Assembly: GCA_040755855.1 (NCBI GenBank) | Contig: JBFMAD010000002.1 | Location: 64,001-128,000 of the forward strand | From: Planctomycetota bacterium | Lineage (GTDB): Bacteria > Planctomycetota > Brocadiia > JAADGH01 | Direction of reading: 5' to 3' | DNA length: 64,000 bases | Shown here: in pieces, positions 47,444 to 56,643 of the stretch | Layout: every line of letters begins with the position of its first letter | Numbering within the stretch: position 1 is the first letter of the stretch | The notes under the pieces: model-generated | What the model was told of the DNA's origin: nothing | Databases searched by the model: none | The model's input: the letters and a program-made list of their open reading frames with translations, nothing else | Translations under genes and position numbers: made by a program

Positions 47444-48406
47444 ATGAGAGAACTGAAATACACGCAAGCAATGAGCGAAGCGATACGCGAGGAGCAGGAG
47501 CGCGATGAGACGGTCTTTCAGATCGGCGAGGACATCGGCCCCGTGCGGAAGCGGGACCAACTATGGGAGCAGTTCGTGGCCAATCGAATCTGGCAGACGC
47601 CGATCTCCGAGTCGGGATTCGTCGGTCTGGCCGCGGGCGCGGCGATGACCGGGCTGCGGCCGATCGCGGTGGTCATGTACTGCGACTTCGTCGGCGTGTG
47701 CATGGACCCGATCGTCAACCAGGCGGCGAAGGTCTATCTCATGTCCGGCGGCGCGATCAAGGTGCCCATGGTGATTCGCACCCCCGCCGGCGCCGGCACG
47801 CGGGAGGGCGGCCACCACAGCGGGAGCCTGGAGAGCTGGTTCGTCCACTCACCGGGGCTGAAGGTCGTCATGCCGTCGGACCCCTACGACGCGAAGGGCC
47901 TGATGAAGTCCGCCATCCGCGACGACGGGCCGGTGGTCTACATCCAGCACCGCATTCTCCACCGCCTCAGCACGCAGCAGTGCCCGGAGGGCGAGTGGCT
48001 CGTCCCGATCGGGGAGGCGGCGGTCAAGCGGGAGGGGACGGACATCACGGTCATCGGCGTTTCCATAGGCGTGATGAAGGCGCTGCAGGCCGCGGAGAAA
48101 CTCGACGGTAAGATCAGCGTCGAGGTCGTTGATCCCCGGTCGCTCGTGCCGCTGGATATGAAGACGATCCTGGCATCCATCAAGAAGACAGGCCATCTGC
48201 TGGTCGTGCACGATGCGCCGCGCCGGGGCGGCGTGGGGGCGGAGATCGTGCGGCGAGTGGTCGAGGAGGGGTTCGACCTCCTGAAGAAGCCACCGAAGGT
48301 CCTCGGCGGGTTGAATACACCCATGCCCTACAGCGCGCCGCTGGAGGACGCCTGCCTACCGCAGCCGAAGGACATCGTGAAGGCGGTCAGGGAAATGGTG
48401 AGATAA
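47444..48406 (+). CDS. TPP-dependent dehydrogenase E1 beta subunit (AcoB/PdhB-like)
   Basis: GEDIG, TPISESG, NQAAK, PGLKVV.PS...DAKGL, EVVDPRSLVPLD; ATG 47444 with AAGGAG RBS. Confidence 0.9.
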   Translation: MRELKYTQAMSEAIREEQERDETVFQIGEDIGPVRKRDQLWEQFVANRIWQTPISESGFVGLAAGAAMTGLRPIAVVMYCDFVGVCMDPIVNQAAKVYLMSGGAIKVPMVIRTPAGAGTREGGHHSGSLESWFVHSPGLKVVMPSDPYDAKGLMKSAIRDDGPVVYIQHRILHRLSTQQCPEGEWLVPIGEAAVKREGTDITVIGVSIGVMKALQAAEKLDGKISVEVVDPRSLVPLDMKTILASIKKTGHLLVVHDAPRRGGVGAEIVRRVVEEGFDLLKKPPKVLGGLNTPMPYSAPLEDACLPQPKDIVKAVREMVR

Positions 48407-48439
48407 TTTTGGATTTTGGATTTTCGATTTTGGATTTTT
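48406..48439. repeat. Heptamer tandem tract between E1 beta and the DUF4838 gene
   Basis: attttgg attttgg attttcg attttgg attttt starting in the TAA stop. Confidence 0.8.
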
Positions 48440-48454
48440 CCAGGAGAGATAGCG

Positions 48455-51100
48455 ATGAAATTCAGAATCCACGTACTGTCGTTCGTTGCGGGCTGTCTCA
48501 TTGTCATGGGCCAACTCCATGCCTTGGACGTGGTGAAGGAGGGGAAGGCGGCGGTGACGATCGTCGTCCCCGACGATCCCGGCATGGTTGCGCCGCAAGC
48601 GGCGGGCTGGCTTCAGCAATACCTGAAAAAGGCCACGGGCGTGGAACTGAAGATTGTTCCCGAAAAGGAAAATCCGACCGGGACATTGATTTCCGTGGGG
48701 TCCACGAAGCTCGCCGAGAAAGCCGGCATCAAGACGGATGACCTGAAGTGGGACGGGTGCAAACTGATCGTGAAGGACAACGTGTTCTACCTTATCGGCC
48801 GCGACACACTCAGCACGGTCGAGACGGACATGATATGGCAGGGGAAGCCATCGAAGCACAAGCAGACCGTCGGCGCACAAGGCACGGGCAAGGCCGTGAC
48901 AACGTTCCTCGAAAAGTTCTGCGGCGTGCGCTGGCTCCTTCCCGTCCCGGAAGGGGAACTGGTCCCGCCTGCAAAGGACATCTCCGTGCCCGACGATCTG
49001 GCGATGACCGTCGTGCCTGAGTTTGTCTACTGCCACGGACGGTATCTCTACGGGCGCGGCAACCCGGCCGAGATCGCCAACAACTGCCGCACAGCCGTCA
49101 AGCTGCGCAGCTACGGCGGCCACTCCTGGAACGCATGGGTCCCCAACGAGGTGTACTACGACAAACACCCGGAATACTACGCACTTGTCAAGGGCAAACG
49201 GATCAACGGCGGCGAGAACGCCCACCTATGCACCAGCAATCCGGAGGTCAAGCAGATCCTTCTTTCTGAAATCCGAAAATTGTTCGACGCGGGCTACGAC
49301 TGGGTCCAACTGGGCCCGTCGGACGGATGGATTCGCTGCGAGTGCCCGGAATGCGAGAAGCTGGACACCTACCGCGGCCGATGGAACGAGTTGGGCATCA
49401 GCCTGGAAGAATACGTATACACATACCTGAAGGAAAACCCCGCCGACCGGATCAATCTGCTTCACAAGTGGATCTCGGACGAGTGTCTGAAATCGCACCC
49501 GGACAAGACGGTGCATCTGCTCGTTTATAGCACGACGATCATGCCGTCGAAGAAGTTCGACGTGTATCCGGCGAACAACGTAGGCGAGATGTGCGACCAG
49601 GACCGGCGGGTGGTGGATGCGTGGAAGGGAAAGATCCCAGCCAAGACCGCCTACGTCTGCTGGTTCGACGTGCCGTGGCATGGCATGGGCATGGGGGTGA
49701 GGTTGACGCCGAGGCAGATTTCCGAGCGAGTCCGCTTTCTTCACGAAAACGATTTTATCGGCCTCTACCTCGGCGGCGGCGGGGCCTGCTGGGGCCTGCT
49801 CGGGCCGACCTATTACACCCTCGGCAAGATGCTCGGCGACCCCGACCTGGACTACCGGCAGTTGACGGAGGATTACTGTCGCGGCGTCTATGGCAAGGCG
49901 GCGGATCGAATGATTGACTTCTTCAACCTCCTCTACACCCGCGAGGACGACACGGTCGTCGAAAACTACTACAAGCCGGACCGGTTCGGCGCCGGCGACC
50001 GGTTTGTGGCCATGTATCCGCCCAAGCTGCTGGATCGCCTCGACAAGATGCTTCAACTGGCCGAGGTGGACGCCGATACGGAGCGCGCCAAAAACTGGGT
50101 CAAGATGACCCGCGACCATTTCGACTTCATCAAGCTTCTCGTCCACATGACGATCGCCTATCGCGCCTACGAGGTTCACCCGACTCCCGCGAACCTCGAT
50201 GAGGTCAAGATGCAGGTGGACCGCTTCGAGACGTTCCGCGCTAAGATCATTGCGTATGACGATGCGTATGCCGCCAAGTGGTTTCCCGGCTATATGCAGT
50301 TCTACACCTTTCTTACCTCCGAGGGCGACAACGAGGGCTACCGCAGATACAAACGGCACACCAAGGCGCGAGAGGCGAAGGGATTCCGGGGCACGCCGAT
50401 CGGCTATATCCACAACCTCATCCGCGAGCCGCTGACGCTCGATTTCGAGCACCTGAAGAAGATGTCGGAGATCAAAGGAAAGAAGTCCGCGATTGACGTC
50501 GCGCCCGTCGCAACGAAGCCGGGCCTCGACGGCCCGATTCGCGAAGACGAATGGAAGGCCGCCGTCCCACAGGCGATGCAATCCATCATGCGGACGTCCG
50601 ATATTGGGACAAAGATTCGGATGATGTATGACGAGGCCTGCCTCTACATTGCCTATGAATGCGATGAGCCAGAAATTGCGACACTCAAGGCGACCGAGAC
50701 GGGACGCGACGGCCGCGTCTACGATCTGGACTGTGTCGAGACGTTCCTGGAAGTAGGGCCGTCCACGGGCCGCTACTATCAATTCATCGCCGCGCCGTCC
50801 AAGGACGCATTCTACGATTCGCAGGTCGGCTTCAAGAGACTTGGCGCGCAAGACTCGTCCTGGAATGGCGATTGGAGTTATGGCTTCCACGTGAACAAGG
50901 AGAAGAAGCGCTGGAGCCTTGTGATGGCGATCCCGTTCAAGACGCTCGGCGTGGAACCCCCGAAATCCGGGGCCACCTGGCGAGGCAATTTCGGCCGCGA
51001 GCGGCGCGCCGCGCAGGGACTGGACCTCTACCTCTGGTCGCCGAGCGACACCGGGGGCTTCCAAGACCCTCTGGCGTTCGGGGAGATCCATTTCAGGTGA
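48455..51100 (+). CDS. Secreted DUF4838-domain protein with C-terminal CBM9-like domain (probable glycoside hydrolase)
   Basis: Signal peptide, GH20/67-like N-domain (YLKKATG..L, FLE...GVRW), HPEYYAL..G.R, LCTSNPEV, CECPEC; C-term P.LDG...W, DCVE.F, W..NFGR. Confidence 0.75.
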   Translation: MKFRIHVLSFVAGCLIVMGQLHALDVVKEGKAAVTIVVPDDPGMVAPQAAGWLQQYLKKATGVELKIVPEKENPTGTLISVGSTKLAEKAGIKTDDLKWDGCKLIVKDNVFYLIGRDTLSTVETDMIWQGKPSKHKQTVGAQGTGKAVTTFLEKFCGVRWLLPVPEGELVPPAKDISVPDDLAMTVVPEFVYCHGRYLYGRGNPAEIANNCRTAVKLRSYGGHSWNAWVPNEVYYDKHPEYYALVKGKRINGGENAHLCTSNPEVKQILLSEIRKLFDAGYDWVQLGPSDGWIRCECPECEKLDTYRGRWNELGISLEEYVYTYLKENPADRINLLHKWISDECLKSHPDKTVHLLVYSTTIMPSKKFDVYPANNVGEMCDQDRRVVDAWKGKIPAKTAYVCWFDVPWHGMGMGVRLTPRQISERVRFLHENDFIGLYLGGGGACWGLLGPTYYTLGKMLGDPDLDYRQLTEDYCRGVYGKAADRMIDFFNLLYTREDDTVVENYYKPDRFGAGDRFVAMYPPKLLDRLDKMLQLAEVDADTERAKNWVKMTRDHFDFIKLLVHMTIAYRAYEVHPTPANLDEVKMQVDRFETFRAKIIAYDDAYAAKWFPGYMQFYTFLTSEGDNEGYRRYKRHTKAREAKGFRGTPIGYIHNLIREPLTLDFEHLKKMSEIKGKKSAIDVAPVATKPGLDGPIREDEWKAAVPQAMQSIMRTSDIGTKIRMMYDEACLYIAYECDEPEIATLKATETGRDGRVYDLDCVETFLEVGPSTGRYYQFIAAPSKDAFYDSQVGFKRLGAQDSSWNGDWSYGFHVNKEKKRWSLVMAIPFKTLGVEPPKSGATWRGNFGRERRAAQGLDLYLWSPSDTGGFQDPLAFGEIHFR

Positions 51101-51142
51101 CATGCCCAAACCAGAATCCCGAACAGGAGGCAAGGACAGCCC

Positions 51143-51241
51143 ATGAAGTCATTGATTATCACATTTACCGCCCCGCTGGAGGACGACTGCCTGCCGCAAC
51201 CCAAGGACATCGTGGAGGCGATGCGGGAGATGTCGGGATGA
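51143..51241 (+). pseudogene. 32-codon chimeric remnant: Zn-dehydrogenase-like start fused to an E1-beta C-terminus
   Basis: MKSLIITFTAPLEDDCLPQPKDIVEAMREMSG; nt 51170-51241 match 48335-48406 at 58/72 positions; AGGAGG upstream. Confidence 0.7.
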
Positions 51242-51273
51242 TTTTCGATTGCCGATTTGCAATTTTTGATTTT
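51241..51273. repeat. Heptamer tandem tract before the Zn-dehydrogenase
   Basis: attttcg attgccg atttgca atttttg atttt starting in the TGA stop. Confidence 0.7.
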
Positions 51274-51292
51274 AAGAAAAGGGATCGGTGCT

Positions 51293-52303
51293 ATGAAGTC
51301 ACGGATCGTCAAATTCACAGGACAGAGAAAGGTTGAACTACAAGAGGAGGAAATCGGCGATCCCGGGCCGGGAGAGATTCTTGTGCAGACAACAGTGAGT
51401 CTGATCAGCACGGGCACGGAGATGCTGTGCTATCGCGGCGACTTCGACCCCGACTGCTATTGGCCGGGGGCCGGTCGCTATCCGCAGACCCCCGGCTACA
51501 GCAACGTCGGCCGCGTCATCAAGGTCGGCAAGGATGTGGATCAGTTCAGCGAGGGAGATCGCGTCTTCACCGTCGCCTCGCACCGCCAATTCGCAATTGT
51601 GAAGGCCAACCATCCGAAGTCCGCGAAACTGCCGGATTACACCGCCGACGAGGACGCCACATGGTCATGGCTGGCGGTCGTCACGCAAACGGGCGTGCGC
51701 CGGGCGGAGCAGGCGATGGGCGAGACGGCTGTGGCGATCGGCATGGGGCCGTTGGGACAACTCACTGTTCAATACCTCCGCCTCATCGGCCTGCGCGAGG
51801 TCATCGCCATTGACCCCGTCCAGGAGCGACTGGACATCGCGGCTGCTCACGGCGCGACGGCAACCTTCTGCGGCAGCGCGGCCGATGCGGTGGAGTTTGT
51901 CGAGGCGCACACCGACGGCGAACGAGCGGACGTCGTGTACGACGTGACGGGGCATGACGCCGTCTTTCCCATGGCGCAGCGACTTGCCAGAAAACTCGGC
52001 GCAGTGGTGTTGATCGGCGATGCGCCGCATCCATCGAGGCAGCATCTGACCCACGATGTGGTGCGCCGGCAACTCAGGATCTGTGGCACGCAGAACGACT
52101 TCCTCCCTCCGCAGCAGGCCCACTGGTGCGCGGCGAAACAGATACCTCTTTTCTACCTCTACCTCCACCGGGGGCAAGTGCGCGTCTCGGACCTCATCAG
52201 CCATCGCTTCGCGCCGACCGAGGCGGCCGCGGCCTACACGCTGCTCGAAGAAAACCGCGGCGAAACTATGGGCGTGGTCTTCCGATGGCCTTCGAATTTT
52301 TGA
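51293..52303 (+). CDS. Zinc-binding alcohol dehydrogenase family (MDR) protein
   Basis: SLISTGTE, PGYSNVG, GDRV, IGMGPLG Rossmann motif, LISHRF; ATG 51293. Confidence 0.85.
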   Translation: MKSRIVKFTGQRKVELQEEEIGDPGPGEILVQTTVSLISTGTEMLCYRGDFDPDCYWPGAGRYPQTPGYSNVGRVIKVGKDVDQFSEGDRVFTVASHRQFAIVKANHPKSAKLPDYTADEDATWSWLAVVTQTGVRRAEQAMGETAVAIGMGPLGQLTVQYLRLIGLREVIAIDPVQERLDIAAAHGATATFCGSAADAVEFVEAHTDGERADVVYDVTGHDAVFPMAQRLARKLGAVVLIGDAPHPSRQHLTHDVVRRQLRICGTQNDFLPPQQAHWCAAKQIPLFYLYLHRGQVRVSDLISHRFAPTEAAAAYTLLEENRGETMGVVFRWPSNF

Positions 52304-52494
52304 CCGGCGATGGATTAGCATCGCAAGTTAATTTGTTCGCCTTCTCGAAATTCCCCATGCTGCGAAGGCGCTTGACGCCTTCTTAGGCCAATTCATAATT
52401 TTCCGATAGAGCCGAAAAAACCAGAAAATATCTAAAAAAGGTCGCATTTTGGCAAAAATTTCCATTTTTCAAGGGGGGATGGGGAGAATTACCC

Positions 52495-52524
52495 TTGACA
52501 CCACAAGATATGGTATGATATAAT
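52495..52524 (+). promoter_or_regulatory. Consensus promoter with embedded NrdR box
   Basis: TTGACA-18 bp-TATAAT with extended -10 TG; ccACAAgATATgGTat (52501-52516) resembles the NrdR-box consensus acaCwAtATaTwGtgt. Confidence 0.7.
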
Positions 52525-52661
52525 CTGCAACCAACAAGGTGATGTGCTACCTACCGTAGCGATTTTGGGGATTTCCTCCCGTTTTTAGCAATCGCTGATG
52601 TGTTTTGTCGGAGTCGCGTGTTTAATGAGACTTTGCACGCCCACTGGAGGGGACGTGAACC

Positions 52662-53129
52662 ATGAGGTGTCCGTACTGCAAGCACGATGAGGACAAAGTC
52701 GTAGATTCGCGGTCGGCTGCGGAGGGCGCGACCATTCGGCGGCGTCGTGAATGTCTGAAGTGCGGCCGCCGGTTTACAACCTACGAACGGATCGAGGAGG
52801 GGTACATGCGCGTCGTCAAGAAGGACGGATCGCGCGCTCCGTTCGACCGACGTAAAATTCTGGCCGGCCTGATGCGGGCCTGCGAGAAGCGGCCGGTGAG
52901 CACGGATACTCTCGAACGGGTCGTCACCGAGATTGAGCACGAGATCTACGAGCGCTTCGACAAGGAAGTCCCCACGAAGTTTATCGGTGAACTGGTGATG
53001 CACAAATTGCGGGATATGGATGACGTCGCCTACATCCGATTCGCATCGGTGTATCGCGAGTTCAAAGACGTGAGTGAATTCGTCAGCGAGGTCCGGCCGA
53101 TGCTCAGGCACGACCGGAAAAAGAAATGA
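52662..53129 (+). CDS. nrdR: Transcriptional repressor NrdR
   Basis: MRCPYC..DKVVDSR, IRRRREC..C..RFTTYE, ATP cone, AYIRFASVYREF. Confidence 0.96.
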   Translation: MRCPYCKHDEDKVVDSRSAAEGATIRRRRECLKCGRRFTTYERIEEGYMRVVKKDGSRAPFDRRKILAGLMRACEKRPVSTDTLERVVTEIEHEIYERFDKEVPTKFIGELVMHKLRDMDDVAYIRFASVYREFKDVSEFVSEVRPMLRHDRKKK

Positions 53130-53173
53130 CGGAAACAAAATGGGCGCATAGTGAACGTGGAGGGGTGTGAGAC

Positions 53174-55588
53174 ATGAAACAGATTCGCATGGTTCGGAAG
53201 AGAAACGGTCGTCTGGTTCCCTTCGACGAAACGAAGATCACCAACGCCATTTTCAAGGCGGCCCAGGCCGTGGGCGGGGAGGACCGGCTCATGGCCGAAG
53301 AGCTGACCGGCGTCGTGACGCTCTTCCTCGAGAAGACTTACGACGGGAAAGTCCCCGGCATCGAAGACATCCAGGACATGGTGGAGAAGGTGCTCATCGA
53401 GACCGGGCACGCAAAGACCGCGAAGGCGTACATTCTCTACCGCGAAAAAAGGGCCCGCATCCGCGAGGGCCTCAAGGTCCGCAAGGAGATCAAGCGGAAC
53501 GGAGACCGAACGGACTGGTCGCTTCTTGTGGACGCGGGCACGCACGAGGAGATGTCCCCCTGGGACAAGTCCCTCATCGCCACTGCCCTAGAGAAGGAAG
53601 CGGACCTGACCTCCGACCTGGCCAATGAGATCGCCAAGGAGGTGGAACGAAAGGTCTTCGACTCGGGACTCAAGCGGATTTCCACATCCCTCGTCCGCGA
53701 GCTCGTGGACAATGAATTGTTCGAGCGGGGCCTCAACGCCAAGCTCGAAAAACAAAGCCTCGTCGGCATGCCCAAATATGATATTGAAGAACTGATCTTT
53801 CACAAGAGCAAGGAAAACAGCAACATCACGCGCAACAACCCCGAGGCCATCAACCTCTCCATCGCCGAGAACACCCTCAAGCAGTACGCCCTCCAGGAGG
53901 TATTCTCGAAGGACGTCGGCGAGGCCCACCTGCGCGGCATAGTCCATCTGCACGACCTCGGCTACCCGACCCGCGTCTACTGCTCCTCCCACTCCCTCGA
54001 ATACCTGAAAAAGTACGGCCTGTCGCTGGGGAACCTGGACACGACCTCCGCCCCGGCCAAGCACGCGCGCACCCTCACCGGACACCTCAACACCTTCCTC
54101 GCATCCATGCAGGCATATTACGCCGGCGCGCTCGGGGTCGGCTACATCAACATCCTCTACGCGCCCTATCTCGAACACTTGTCCTACGAAGAGATGAAGC
54201 AGGAGGCCCAGCACCTGATCTTCAGCTGCTCCCAGTCGGCCTTCTCCCGAGGGGGCCAGACGCTCTTCCTCGACTTCAACGTCCACACCGGCGTCCCCTC
54301 CTACCTCCGCAACATCCCCGCCATCGGATCGGGGGGGAAGGAAACCGGCAAGACCTATGGGGAATATGAACACATCGCCCAGGAATTCTGCCGCGCCCTC
54401 CTGGACGTCTGGCGCGGCGGCGATCAGTACGGCCACGTCTTCGCATTCCCGAAGTGCGACTTCCACATCAACGAAGACACCTTCAAGGACCCGAAACAGT
54501 TTGAGCTGCTCAAACACGCCTGTCAAATCGCCAGCGAGAACGGCACGCCGTACTTCGTGTTCGACCGCGACGAGGTGACGCTCAGCGCCTGCTGCCGGCT
54601 CCGAACAAAAATCAAGAACCAGTACATGATCCAGCACCCCGAAAGCATGCGCTTCTGCGGGTTCCAGAATGTGACGGTCAACCTGCCCCAGGCTGCTTAC
54701 CGCGCCGGCCGCGGCAACCACGAGAAACTGTTCGAGGAGATCAAGAAGGCGATGGATATCGCCATGAAGGCCCACCTGCAAAAGAAACAGTTCATCTCGC
54801 GGCTGATGTCCGAGCCGTCCATGCCGCTCTGGGAGATCGGCAAGAAATGGAACGACGGGCGGCCGTACATTGATCTGAACGAGGCCACCTACATCATCGG
54901 CCTCATCGGGCTCAACGAGTGCGTCCAGTACATGATGGGAAAAGAGCTTCACGAAAGCGACGATATCCTCAAATACGGCCTCAAGATCGTCTCCTACATG
55001 AAACTCGTCGCCGACGACTACAACAAGGAGCACGGACTCCATGTGACGCTCGAAGAGTCCCCCGCTGAGAGCGCCTCGCGGCGCCTGGCCAAGGTGGATA
55101 TGAAACTCTATCCCGACGCCAAAGAATACGTCCGGGGCAACATCGAGGAGGATGAGTACTACTATACCAACAGCATCCACCTCCGCGCCGACGCGCCGGT
55201 GGACCTGGTCACGCGCATCCGGAAACAAAGCTACTTCCACTCGCTCATCGAGTCGGGCGCCATCATCCACGCCTTCGTCGGCGAGGAGCGCCCCCCGGCC
55301 AGCAGCATCCTCGCCCTCGTCAGAAAGACCTTCGAGAACTGCCTGGCCGCGCAGCTCACCATCTCGCCGGAGTTCACGGTTTGCCGGTCCTGCTGCAAGA
55401 CCATCCCGAAGCTGGTGGAGCAATGCGAATACTGCCACTCGATGGACGTCTACGGCATTACCCGGATCGTCGGCTACTTCAGCCGGGTCAATAACTGGAA
55501 CAAATCGAAGATCGGCGAACTGAAGGACCGACACCGCGGCGATTACCGCGTGCCCGCCTTCGCCCATCTTCCGGGGAGGTTGGAATAG
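53174..55588 (+). CDS. nrdD: Class III anaerobic ribonucleoside-triphosphate reductase
   Basis: N-terminal ATP cone(s), HLHDL, YCSSH, ACCRLR finger loop, C-terminal CxxC..CxxC and RIVGYF glycyl radical motif. Confidence 0.94.
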   Translation: MKQIRMVRKRNGRLVPFDETKITNAIFKAAQAVGGEDRLMAEELTGVVTLFLEKTYDGKVPGIEDIQDMVEKVLIETGHAKTAKAYILYREKRARIREGLKVRKEIKRNGDRTDWSLLVDAGTHEEMSPWDKSLIATALEKEADLTSDLANEIAKEVERKVFDSGLKRISTSLVRELVDNELFERGLNAKLEKQSLVGMPKYDIEELIFHKSKENSNITRNNPEAINLSIAENTLKQYALQEVFSKDVGEAHLRGIVHLHDLGYPTRVYCSSHSLEYLKKYGLSLGNLDTTSAPAKHARTLTGHLNTFLASMQAYYAGALGVGYINILYAPYLEHLSYEEMKQEAQHLIFSCSQSAFSRGGQTLFLDFNVHTGVPSYLRNIPAIGSGGKETGKTYGEYEHIAQEFCRALLDVWRGGDQYGHVFAFPKCDFHINEDTFKDPKQFELLKHACQIASENGTPYFVFDRDEVTLSACCRLRTKIKNQYMIQHPESMRFCGFQNVTVNLPQAAYRAGRGNHEKLFEEIKKAMDIAMKAHLQKKQFISRLMSEPSMPLWEIGKKWNDGRPYIDLNEATYIIGLIGLNECVQYMMGKELHESDDILKYGLKIVSYMKLVADDYNKEHGLHVTLEESPAESASRRLAKVDMKLYPDAKEYVRGNIEEDEYYYTNSIHLRADAPVDLVTRIRKQSYFHSLIESGAIIHAFVGEERPPASSILALVRKTFENCLAAQLTISPEFTVCRSCCKTIPKLVEQCEYCHSMDVYGITRIVGYFSRVNNWNKSKIGELKDRHRGDYRVPAFAHLPGRLE

Positions 55589-55642
55589 CGTATCTGTCTA
55601 CATCAGGAAGTTCTGTGGATTCACCATAGGAGGAGGGAAGAC

Positions 55643-55933
55643 ATGCAGGTCAATATATTTGGCAAGCCTCGTTGCGGCAAGTGCGTTACCACCAAGAAAA
55701 AACTCTCGCACTTCCTCGACCGATGGGGAGTTGTGGACAAGGTCTCCGTGATCTTCTACGATATGAGCACCCCCGACGGCCTGGCCGAAGGCGCCTATAA
55801 CGACGTCCTCAACATCCCCACCGTCATCATTCGCGACGGCGAAAAGAACCTGGCTCGGTGGGACGGCGTCGTGCCCAAGACTGAAGATGTCAGGCTGCAT
55901 CTCCAGGACCGGCCGAATGCTACCGCCCATTAA
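55643..55933 (+). CDS. Thioredoxin/glutaredoxin-like protein (NrdH-like)
   Basis: GKPRCGKC CxxC, IPTVII cis-Pro motif; strong AGGAGG RBS; located between nrdD and nrdG. Confidence 0.78.
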   Translation: MQVNIFGKPRCGKCVTTKKKLSHFLDRWGVVDKVSVIFYDMSTPDGLAEGAYNDVLNIPTVIIRDGEKNLARWDGVVPKTEDVRLHLQDRPNATAH

Positions 55934-56639
55934 GGGGTTCATCCCCAATACCCTGATTGACTGGGAGGGGAGGATCGCCTCGATCATCTTCCTCCCCGGG
56001 TGCAACCTCCGTTGCCCCTACTGCCACGCAGGCCATCTCGTGGGCGCGCCCAACACGCTGGAATCCATTCCCTTCGACTCGCTGGAGGAGAAGGCCCGGA
56101 GCCAGCGGGGCTGGCTCGACGGCGTCGTCATCAGCGGCGGCGAACCGACGCTCCACAACACCCTGGCGGAGCTTTGCGAAAGGATCCGCTCTCTCGGCCT
56201 CGGCGTGAAACTCGACACGAACGGCACCCGGCCGGATCACCTCCGCTTCCTCATCGAGAAGGGTCTCGTGGATTGCGTGTCCATGGACGTCAAGGCGCCC
56301 CTGGACAAGTATCCCCAGGCGACGCGCGCCGACTGCGATGTCGCGGCCGTCCGCGAATCAATCACGATGCTCCTCGACGGCGACCTGGAATATGAGTTCC
56401 GCATGACGGTCTGCCCGGCAGTCTCCACAGAGGAGGATGTAATGAACACGGCAAAGGAGATTCGCGGGGCGCGGGTATTCTATCTGCAACAATTCAACCC
56501 CGAGTTCGCCATGGACCCCTCCCTGCGCGATGTCCGGCCCTACCCCCGAGAACAACTGAGAGAATTCGCCCAGAAGGCGTCCCGCTTCGTGAATCTGTGT
56601 GTAGTCCGAGGGGAACCTCTCCCGGTCGCAGCGGATTGA
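55917..56639 (+). CDS. nrdG: Anaerobic RNR activating enzyme (radical SAM)
   Basis: TLIDWEG, GCNLRCPYCH, ISGGEPT, VKLDTNG, SMDVKAP, YEFRMT; ATG 55917. Confidence 0.88.
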   Translation: MLPPIKGFIPNTLIDWEGRIASIIFLPGCNLRCPYCHAGHLVGAPNTLESIPFDSLEEKARSQRGWLDGVVISGGEPTLHNTLAELCERIRSLGLGVKLDTNGTRPDHLRFLIEKGLVDCVSMDVKAPLDKYPQATRADCDVAAVRESITMLLDGDLEYEFRMTVCPAVSTEEDVMNTAKEIRGARVFYLQQFNPEFAMDPSLRDVRPYPREQLREFAQKASRFVNLCVVRGEPLPVAAD

Positions 56640-56643
56640 AGAC

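Noticed and set aside
49226..51133. Long antisense ORFs (also 53588-55567, 15959-17557, 14461-16041, 62138-63718, 5897-7273)
   Set aside because: Shadow frames opposite well-supported genes, expected from high-GC codon bias; no protein motifs.
48335..51241. Diversity-generating retroelement (Avd-like four-helix gene plus a duplicated gene 3' end as VR/TR)
   Set aside because: Of 14 mismatches only 6 are at A in one copy, 3 at A in the other and 5 involve no A; about half are synonymous; no reverse transcriptase in the window. This fits paralog divergence, not adenine-specific mutagenesis.
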